Position numbers and translations under genes: made by a program
Notes under the pieces: model-generated
Seen by the model: the letters and a program-made list of their open reading frames with translations, nothing else
Databases searched by the model: none
What the model was told of the DNA's origin: nothing
Source of the DNA: Curvularia clavata
Lineage: Eukaryota
Assembly (NCBI GenBank): GCA_023920165.1
Contig: CP089276.1
Location: 3,286,001 to 3,350,000, forward strand
Direction: 5' to 3'
Length of the DNA stretch: 64,000 bases
Part shown: positions 54,998 to 64,000 of the stretch, piece after piece
Layout: each line of letters starts with the position of its first letter
Position numbering within the stretch: the stretch's first letter is position 1

Positions 54998-55104
54998 TCC
55001 GTGCCAAGGCGTAGCTTATGACTAAGCTACGTCAGCTGCGCTGACACTCGCCGCAGGCGAGTGCCGACCCTCAATACGATATTACCTTCAATACGATATT
55101 TTTT
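54998..55104 (+). repeat. left 107-bp TIR of the inner element
   Basis: exact reverse complement of 56887-56993; contains three hairpins and TCAATACGATATT twice with a 17-bp period. Confidence 0.95.
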
Positions 55105-56886
55105 CAACTACCTTTGATAAACTATCAAATTGCTACTCAACCACGCCAGTTTTCGTACTGATTTTCGTACGCTAGTAAACCTGCAGCACGCATTAATGCC
55201 CACACCCGCTGTAATTGTTTATATACTGGTTGGTAAGCTTGGAAATGCCGCTTTTTTTTCATAACTGGCATGCCCTTCATCTTTGAATATTCAAATATAA
55301 GCTGGCTTAACTCAGCTACAAGCTTATTTTAAACCATCTTTCGTGCCGAATGGGAGTAAATAACTCCTATTAAAGATTTAAGAATTGTACGAGTCCTTTG
55401 TTGGCGTAATCGCCGTAATTGTGCAATCGAAGTCATAGTACGTAGTTCACCAATTACTTAGTCTCCAGCAACAGACATATTATACGCTCCAAACAACGTA
55501 CGTTTTACGTTATCGCTAAGCTCCTCATTCTCTAGACAATAGTCAATATTGCGCTTAAGTATCCAGATCGTTAGAGGCGTGTTTAGCTCTAGTGGTGGTG
55601 GTGTTCCATCTATAGTAGCGTTGCTGCTACTATCACTACTACTACTGCCAGTATCTTGGCAATCAGCATTCCAATCAGCAAAATCTCTCTGTATATTATT
55701 CTTAACACGCTTAATATCCAACGGATATAATCCTGAGTCCCGCCAGCCTTTTTATATCGTACAGGACTTGAATATATAGGCGCGGATTGACTCGATAGCA
55801 GCTAGGAACTCAACCTTATTAAAAGCTGTACAGCCTGTTCGGGTTGCATAATCAACAGCCTGCGCGTGCCAGTGCTTGTACGGCTGAAAACAGCCCACAT
55901 CAAGCGGTTGGAGAAAGTGAGATGTATGTAGAGGCAGGCGATAGGCAATAACCTTATGATCCTCAAGGACTTCGAGAAACTCTTAGGTACAGTGTGAATC
56001 AAATCCATCAAATAAAAGCAGCCGATACAACCCTTGCATATGCTTTTAGCTCTGTTGTACGAAGTGCTTTACCCACTCAAAACTCAATCGATCATTTGTG
56101 TAGCCAGTGTCGCTGTGCGCAATAAGATAGTTGTCAGATAAATCGGTAAAGTAGCGCTCAAGGAGTGCGTCGCCTTCAACAATAATCATTGGTAGGATAG
56201 CGTAGCCTGCGGCATTGACACACTCGGTAACAGTCAATAATATACAATTATCAGGCGTCGGCAGATAGACGCGGCGGCGAGGTTCAAAAGTAATAACCCA
56301 CTGGTCTTTTCCAATTCCAATGCGAAAGCCAGTCTCGTCAAAGTTCCAAATATCTAATAGTAGGATACCATACGTCTAAATTAGGCTCGTAAAGGTATTA
56401 AACCACTCGATAATAGAGTCTGAATCATGCGCGAGTGCGCGATTAAGATTAAGAGATCTCTGTCATCGTACGTGAAGCTTAGATTGCCGTTTAAGCCATC
56501 GTTTTGCCCATCGCGAGCTTGCAGTTGGTGGAGGACCAGGACTATCATGAGCTTGTTAAAGAAGATAATTGGCACACGATACAATCATAGGCAGTCGTAC
56601 ACAAACTCCAAGTTCATCAAGGCGTGCGATATAATCGTATAGTGCTTGGTCTTACGCCTCAGCAAGCTTATATATACCGGAAGGGCGTTTAGAATGTGTT
56701 AGGCGGCCCTTTAATCGGGCGAGTAATCGCTGGTATAGAACACCGTGTTCACGCGCAAGCTGCTTAAAATTCGGCTTTGGGATATCCTTGATAGACTCTA
56801 AGATCTCTACAATGCGATCATTAATTGAGGTTTGTAATTAAGCCATTGTGGGGGCTACAAGAGAGGATCAAAGTAGTGGAGTTACA

Positions 56887-56993
56887 AAAAAATATCGTAT
56901 TGAAGGTAATATCGTATTGAGGGTCGGCACTCGCCTGCGGCGAGTGTCAGCGCAGCTGACGTAGCTTAGTCATAAGCTACGCCTTGGCACGGA
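56887..56993 (-). repeat. right 107-bp TIR of the inner element
   Basis: exact reverse complement of 54998-55104. Confidence 0.95.
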
Positions 56994-57329
56994 TACTGAT
57001 CTTTGACGTTAACTATCGAGTGCTATTATGTAAGCACATAGCTGTAACTATATGCTACCTAATTTGCATCTTAATTATTGACTGTCTCTTGCAAAAGGTT
57101 ACAGCTGAGCGCTATCTCTGAGTCTTAGTTGTACCGTGTTGCAAATGTGTAAAACCCGTCATCTTGTTGTATCGGCCCCCATTTGCCAGGATGGCGTGAC
57201 ATCATGCTCAGCCTTGTGAGCGAGACACCGAGTACCCGAACACTGGATAGCCGGTTCAACGAGGCCTTATCAAATCTGGCTACATAAACCAAGGCTCGGT
57301 CAGCCTGGCAATCATGGCACAACCCCACG

Positions 57330-58920
57330 ATGAACCACGTTCTAAACACTCTGGCCTTCGGAGCACTTGGTGCTGCCTTACTGGTGAGTTAATGTCGCTT
57401 TCCCAATTGTCAAACCGAACTAATTTCTCATAACCTGTAGGTTCTTTTCAAGATTTTCTACAACATCTTTCTACATCCTCTGCGAAACTATCCCGGACCA
57501 AAATGGTGGGCCGCCACTCGCCTCGCATGGACGCATTCCTTGCAATCGGGTCTGTACCATCTTAAGCTCCACCAACTCCATACTCAATATGGCCCGGTCG
57601 TTCGTGTTGCACCTGATGAATTATCCTTTGTCAGTACTGAAGCCTGGAGGGACATTTATAGCAACCGCAACATTCCAAAGAACCGTGTATGGGCCGGCCA
57701 AGAAGAAGAAAACCATCCAGTCAGTGTTGTCAGCACAGATGAAGCAACGCACTTTCGAAATCGGCGAGCGCTTGCTGGCGCATTCACAGAACATGCAATT
57801 AATGAGCATGCGCCACTGCTTGAAGGCCTCGTCGAGACCATGCTGCAGAAGCTCGGTGAAAAAGTCGTACAAGGCGAGGGATGCGCTGTTGTTAATTTCA
57901 CAGATTGGTTTAACTGGTTGACTTTTGACATTTCGGGAGCTCTTTCCTTTGGGGAGTCTTTCGGGAGCATAGCAGACGGCCGCGCACATCCCTGGGTTGA
58001 GATCAGTTGTAGCTTTGGGAAAGGGATTGCACTTATGGCTTCCATCAACTTCTATCGCCCGTTGAATAAGCTGCTGAAACTAGCTATGCCCAGGAACGTC
58101 ATGGAAAAGATGAAATATCATCGGGAGCTGGCTCATGAGAAGCTCATGCAACGTTTTGCAATGGAAAATAAGGCAAAGGCTCAAGATTATGTTGGCTCGA
58201 TCCTGGCATACAATTATGAGAAGGGTCAGGCGAAGATTCCCGACGAGGAGATTGAAGCAAATATGACTGTGCTTATCTTCGCGGGAAGCGAGACGACGAG
58301 TACCGCCATGACGGCCATACTTACTCAGCTTTTGCAGAACCCAGCGGCACTGGCGAAGCTCGTGACAGAGGTTCGTGTAAACTACGAGAGCGAAAAGGAT
58401 ATCAATATCAACACTGTGGCGAAGCTGGAGTATCTCACTGCCGTTATCCAGGAAGGGATACGAATGGGCCCACCGGCAGCAGTGGCTTTGCCTCGCATTA
58501 CTCCTAGAGAAGGTGCGCATATATGCAGTCAGCATGTACCTGGAAATGTGAGTTTCTCCTCAAAATACCATGTAAGATGCGCTCACTGACATCACGGAGA
58601 CCTTTGTATCTGTGAACCAGTACCCTACCTTTCGTTCAGCGATGAATTTTACCGATCCTGATCTGTTCGTACCAGAACGCTTCTTGCCACACTCACCGTA
58701 TCCATCTGATCGAATAGATGCTTTTGAGCCATTTCTGCTCGGACGTCACAAATGTATGGGGCAGAAACTTGCCTGGACGATTATGCGGCTGACGCTGGCG
58801 CGGCTGTTTTTTGCATTTGATATGGAAGCAGCTGACCATGTCGATGATTTCGGCTCACAGAAAACGTTTATTTTCTGGGAAAAGAAGGCGCTGAAGGTGC
58901 AGCTTCGAAGAAGAAATTAA
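57330..58920 (+). CDS. cytochrome P450 (Tri11/CYP65-like); exons 57330-57383, 57441-58547, 58600-58920
   Basis: HPLRNYPGP, YGPVVRVAPDELSF, FAGSETT, EGIR, PERF, heme motif FLLGRHKCMG. Confidence 0.9.
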
Positions 58921-59508
58921 GATCAAGTGATTTGTCCACGGGCACTGAGCTTCAACTTCTTTTTTCAGGTTGGCGATGGGCTAAACCTAGAACCATGGCA
59001 GTAGTAATATTATTTGGAGCCGGGAGTGTTCATATTTCCATGCACTACTAGTTGTTTTGTATGCGTCAGCATACTAGTGAGATTCCATTTAAGACCAGTA
59101 TCTGCTTTGATCTTGAATAAATAAACCCGGCAGCAGCAAAGATTACTAGTGTCGGAAGAGAATTTACACACGGGGCTCTTTATGCTCTTAGCCCTCCCAG
59201 AATGACATAGATAACACTAATAATCAACTTGACTATGATATTCAACTTGGTGCAGGAAAACAGGTGGCATTGGATCTGGTCACGCAGCCGGACAAACTCT
59301 CCGAGGGCCGACGGTGGATGTCCTTTCCTTGTCTCTCCGCATTTCTCGCACAAGGCTGTGGGCCGGATGCAGGACAACCGGCGCCACTAGAGGGGCGTAA
59401 GCTGATGCTCGGATGAGCAACGGGTGGTGCCCTGCATGCAAGTCCGGTGGCCACCACGCTGGGCCAGGATAATTCGCGCAGACGCTGCAACGGTGCTTCT
59501 TGTGACAT

Positions 59509-59598
59509 GCTAGGGGTGAACGGCAGGGCGGGAACAAATGACATGGTAGGAACAAACGGCATGGCAGGAATAAACGACGTGGCAGGAATAAACGACGT
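59509..59598. repeat. 18-bp minisatellite, about 5 diverging copies
   Basis: GGCAGGAATAAACGACGT exact at 59563 and 59581; variants at 59545, 59527 and 59509. Confidence 0.85.
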
Positions 59599-60559
59599 GG
59601 CATGGACCACGCACGCGCAGTGTACCCCCGATTCCCACCTGATCTTGCACCAGCAGCCACTCACGACATGAGCCAGGCAGTTCCAATCAGGGTCCCTCGG
59701 GATAGTGGCCAGTTATCTCATGCATCAGACGCTCCTCTGCCCGGGTCTTGGTCATGGATCGCCACACTATGTTTGATTTAGAATCATTGTTGTGCCCATC
59801 CTTCCATGTGCACGTAGGGCTTATACTACCCCATGAAGGGATGCGCAGGCACAATGATACAATAGGCGTAGAGTTGACAGCAACGGCAGATTGACTGTAG
59901 TTAGGCAATGTTGGGAAGCCGTCGCGTAGCAAACCCAATCGCAAGCTTGTCTCCGAGGGAGGGCTGCGGCCTCCTTACGATGGTCAAAATGGAGGCCCTA
60001 GTCCAAATTTAAACTTGAATGCAAGTCAGCCACAATGTGTTGTTCACATTTTGTTGTCGCAGACTCGGCTGACAGCCAATGCCCGGCTCAGGCACACACC
60101 GCGAACGCAGGAGAGGGTGAGGATGGTGGATGCTGATGACGCTAGTGTACGATGCCGCGGATGTGGAGCGGCTGGGGAACGGTTGACTACGGAACTACAT
60201 TAAAGCAAAAGCAAGTCCTTCTCACCACTTTCTGCAGCCAAGCTGGCTGGACAGGGGGCCATTAGCTCGGGCAGCAAATGAAACGGGCGCACGCCGCGAG
60301 CCAGCCCTATCAACTGTCGGCTCACTAGCGCGTATCCAAAGGTCCCCAACGTCCTTGCAGGGTCCAACTGTTGACGATGAGCAGCCGTAGAATGGCTGAG
60401 TATAAGTGCTGAGTGAAAGATATAAGGAGCCTGTCGGCTTTCTCCAGCAGGCTCCAAATGATTCAGCAACCCTCTCAATTCCAGGCCTAACCCACCAAGA
60501 CCACTTTTCGTGTAAACTTCTGCAGTTTTACCATTTCCGAACTCGGGTTTCGGTATATC

Positions 60560-60852
60560 ATGAACAGTCCAAACACCAGCACAATCACTACAAAGTCTTC
60601 GAGCAACTCTGTGCCAACCGCATCCCCTCCAGAGTAAGTGTCCCTGCCTACCTAGTCGCCAGTAATCTCACATATTACAGGAAGCCCAGCCAAACCACCA
60701 ATCTCACGGAAGATGCGCTGAAGGAACATGATGCTAATTCGGCCGTGAACGATCACCACTGGGCCATGGAAGAGCATGAGAGAATACAGAGGCTGCAACT
60801 GGCGGCGAAGGAACTCGGGTTCGAACTTCATCGGAAATATTTCCATAGATGA
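60560..60852 (+). CDS. small spliced hypothetical protein (81 aa); exons 60560-60633, 60681-60852
   Basis: atcATGa start, GTAAGT..CTCAC..CAG intron that restores the frame, TATA-like sequence at 60401-60425; no recognised domain. Confidence 0.6.
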
Positions 60853-60885
60853 CGATTAATATGGACTGACATAGCAGTCCGATTT

Positions 60886-62110
60886 CTAATGAATTCTTTT
60901 TCTAATAGCTCCGACAATACTTTTCAGGCCGCTTAGCCTTGCCTCTTTGGTCTCGCCCAAATAGAGGCTAGCCACGGGCCATGCATGAATTCCACCCTTC
61001 TCTTCCCAAACATCCACCTCTTTTCCAGTCTTTTCCAGTAGCGCGATGAGATGCCTTGTTTCTGGCCCAAGCACCTCCTCGCTACCATATAAGAAATACC
61101 ATCCCTTGTCCGGTGATGCTTCTGTCCATTTCTGGATGTCTTTACAGTGTCCAGGCGAAACCAAGGGATCGTCAGGAGATACTTTGTTCCCAATGTATTG
61201 TCGGCCGTAGAGTTCTAGCGATGAGCTGTTAAGATAATCCGATGTAGTATTGCTATTATTAGGCGATACGATTGTAACCCACGGGCTGATCATGACCGCA
61301 AGGCCAGGCTTTTGGTGACGGAGTTCTGTGTGTTCGGACAAATAAAGCAAGAAGCTCAGCATCAGAGTTGCGCCAGCAGAGTCTCCGCCGACAACAACAC
61401 GAGCCGATGACTGCGCCAGGGAAAGCACATACTCATAACCGGCTAACGTTTCATGGAGTTGAGTAGGATACGTGGCGTCCGGTACAAGGGTGTATTCCAA
61501 GGCAAAGAGCGCCGGGTTGCGATATCCTGCGGCTTTGAGTAGTGTGACCCAGGCAAGTAAGAATTCCATGTAGAAGTAACTGCTTCCCATAGAGAACCCA
61601 CCGCCGTGGCAATAGTACACAATCAGATCGGGCTGCTCTTGTTGATTGTGCACAATCCATACGCCCCTGAAGTTTGGCCGCTTGATATCGACCCACCGGA
61701 TGGGGCTAGTGACAACTCCATGTCGCAGCATGCGGAACCTCAAAAACGGAAGTGAAACTTGTTTTGAGAAGAAAACTCTTCCCAAAAATGCAGGCATATT
61801 GGCAAATGCATAGCGGACAAAGCGGATAACCAGGTCCTGAAAGGGTGTTGCCTTCCTCACCCAAGGCGTTCGGCGTTCATACGGGACGAAGAATCGCTCA
61901 TAAATGAACTGATATGGTATAACAATGGCTTTGAAAGCTATGAGGATCAGTACGTCGAGGATACAGATGACATTTGTACGCACCGAGTGAAGGTAGCTGA
62001 GGGAGAAGCCATGTTAACAGAGGGATAATCCCAATTTGAATTAGTAGTTGAGGTGCAAGAAAGACTAAGAATACAACGCAGTCCAGGTATGAGATTTGAC
62101 TCAGTATCAT
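60886..62110 (-). CDS. alpha/beta hydrolase, HSL family (Say1-like steryl acetyl hydrolase); exons 62110-61984, 61937-60886
   Basis: HGGGF, GDSAG, ISPW, catalytic His in GIHAW; hydrophobic N-terminus. Confidence 0.88.
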
Positions 62111-62679
62111 TCTGAAATACAATAAAAAGGGATGAAGTCTGTCAGCTTCCTTTCTTTGTCTGTTTCATGGCGAGTGACAAGTGACAATGACGATGACGCC
62201 GTCAAGGGTCCAGCTAAGCCACAATCGTTTAGCGTCACAGCCACAGCCATTCCGAACTCAACGCTCACTGCTCATACTCTAGCCAGGGCACGCGCTATGA
62301 CCAGTGAAGTATCTCATAGACAGACCGTAGACTCAAAACAAAGGAAAGGTGAAGACAGGATGCTGTGCCCTGGCCAGCCAGACCTGAAGGTCTCCACCAC
62401 GTGATCAGCGTTAGTGCCTTTGCGCACAGACCAATCGGTCGCGACTCCCGGAAAACTTGCGCGCTGCACTCAGTTGTCACTCCGCAAACACGACTGACTG
62501 CGACTGCAATCAACTTCACTTGCTCGCCTGCTCCTTCACTGAGGAACTATCCAGCTTGGTGCTCCTTCTTACCTTCCTTACTTATATCTTTTTAATGGAA
62601 TAAACCCTGCGACAGACGTCACTCACCGTTGTTCGCGCGACAGCCTAAGCCAAAGGTCGCGAACTCGCAGACATTCATA

Positions 62680-64000
62680 ATGGCAAACCCAACAGTCGAT
62701 CCCAAGGCGGCACCGCTCGCCGACGAGCTGAAGGAACTTGCTCTGTAAGCGCTTCTCTACTGAGTCTACTATGGCACTACTGACTTGAATAGATCACTTC
62801 CAACAACTGTCTTTCCCAAAAACTTCTTCTGCGCTCTATGCAACCAACTGGCTTTCGACTCATACAAGCTAATCTGCTGCGCGAAATCAATCTGCTCATC
62901 ATGTATGCACACACACCATCGTTTCCTTGGCTGAATTTCGACCCCACTCTAACATGCATTTAGGTCAAGCAAACCTTCAGTTCCCTACAACATGTCCGTC
63001 GTGTGATCATTCGCCTCTCGAAGCCGATTCGTGTACGATCAACAAATCGCTCCGCAATACCATGCGTGTCTGGCTGCAAAAGCAGAAGAAGAAGGAAGAG
63101 GCCAAAGCTGCGGCACAGGCAGCTACCCCACCTGTGGAGGGCACACCAACTGCGCCAGAAGTGCAGCCTGTGAGCGATGGCGTAGAGAAGCCTGTAGAAA
63201 GCGTTGAGGAGCCGCTCAAGGCAGAGAGTGGCAACGCTGAAGAAGCTACTGGTTCTGCGGGGAACGCGGAAGAGACTGGACAGCGTGCCGGCTCTGCTTC
63301 GGCCCAACCCAACGAGGTAGGTCTTGAATGTCTGTTTCTTTGTTCTCGCAGAGGCATTTTGGAGTTATACAATAAAGAAGGAAGAAAAGAAAGGAAGACG
63401 AGGAAGAGAAGCCATTTCTTGAAGAATGCAAGAATTGTTGCCATACGTGCCAATGACCATGAATTTTCTTTTTTTCTATTCACGATTGCTAACTTGCAAT
63501 TAGGAAAGCACATCTGCTGAGGTTGGATCTGAGCGACGCGGCAGCACTGCCTCCCAGAACGTCCCGAAAAGCACGGAGCCTGCAGCTGCTGAGGCCTCGA
63601 CCGAGGAACGAGGCAACACTCCTGGCGCTAATGGCATGACGGGCAACAACCCTATGATGAACAATATGCAAGGCCAAATGGGCTTCGGCTTTCCTGCTTC
63701 AGGTGGTTTCAATAATGGAATGAGTTGGAACGGGATGCCTAACATGATGGCCAACGGTAACTGGAATGGCATGAATCCTATGGGTAAGTTGCGCCTTTGA
63801 ATATCATAGCAACCGAACAGCTATTGATCTTTCTCTAGATTTCAACGGAATGAACGGCATGCCCAATGGCATGTACGGCAACTTTGGGGGAAACATGGGC
63901 ATGGGCATGAACGACATGTCTGCCATGAACATGATGCAGTATGGAGGCGGCTTTGGCAATGGTTGGAATGGCATGGGCGGTGGCTATGGAAACTTCAGCG
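62680..64000 (+). CDS. RING-type zinc-finger protein with a Gly/Asn/Met-rich low-complexity region, cut off by the window end; exons 62680-62744, 62793-62902, 62964-63316, 63504-63783, 63839->64000
   Basis: spliced CALC..ICCAKSICSSC..CPSC..NKSLRNTMR; four GT-AG introns with branch points. Confidence 0.8.

Larger units (their letters stand above)
54998..56993 (-). mobile_element. inner pogo/Fot1-type DNA transposon (1996 bp) nested in the outer element's TIR
   Basis: TA duplication at 54996-97 and 56994-95; perfect 107-bp TIRs; transposase remnant from ATG 56846 with IWNFDETGFRIG, DGFDSH and QPLDVGC, interrupted by TAA/TAG/TGA. Confidence 0.94.
53165..57009 (-). mobile_element. outer pogo/Fot1-type DNA transposon (1847 bp without the insert), RIP-inactivated, right TIR interrupted
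   Basis: TA duplication at 53163-64 and 57010-11; 55-bp TIRs beginning ACGT (53165-53219; 54957-54997 plus 56996-57009); transposase remnant inside. Confidence 0.93.

Noticed and set aside
59509..59598. CRISPR-like array
   Set aside because: Contiguous tandem units without spacers, in a eukaryotic genome.
49586..62110. Kelch, CoA-transferase, P450 and hydrolase as a secondary-metabolite cluster
   Set aside because: No PKS, NRPS or terpene synthase backbone gene in the window.

Overview
Gene-dense, intron-containing genomic DNA from a filamentous ascomycete. Pleosporales/Dothideomycetes is my inference from gene style and RIP; I did not verify it. About 23 protein genes are supported by motifs and GT-AG splice reconstruction: NAD-glutamate dehydrogenase, DPB2, a NASP/Sim3-type histone chaperone, a peroxisomal SDR, a Zn2Cys6 TF, a PTGR-like oxidoreductase, SRP72, TFA1, PUS1, PDA1, a HET-domain protein, HEM15, KU70, an Est1/SMG6-like protein, a hybrid histidine kinase, an MFS transporter, ALG5, a kelch protein, a CaiB/BaiF CoA-transferase, a cytochrome P450, an 81-aa spliced small protein, an HSL-family hydrolase, and a RING protein cut off by the window end. 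There is also a frameshifted F-box-like pseudogene and a nested pair of RIP-damaged pogo/Fot1-type transposons (53165-57009). Three observations stand out. (1) PUS1 exon 1 appears to be read in two frames, an NLS-like N-terminus from one ATG and a mitochondrial-presequence-like N-terminus from another, each returned to the catalytic frame by its own 3' splice acceptor. (2) The inner transposon has perfect 107-bp TIRs carrying a spacer-free three-hairpin four-way-junction cassette. (3) That element inserted into a TA in the outer element's TIR that may itself have been created by RIP. All exon boundaries were inferred by eye; no searches were run.
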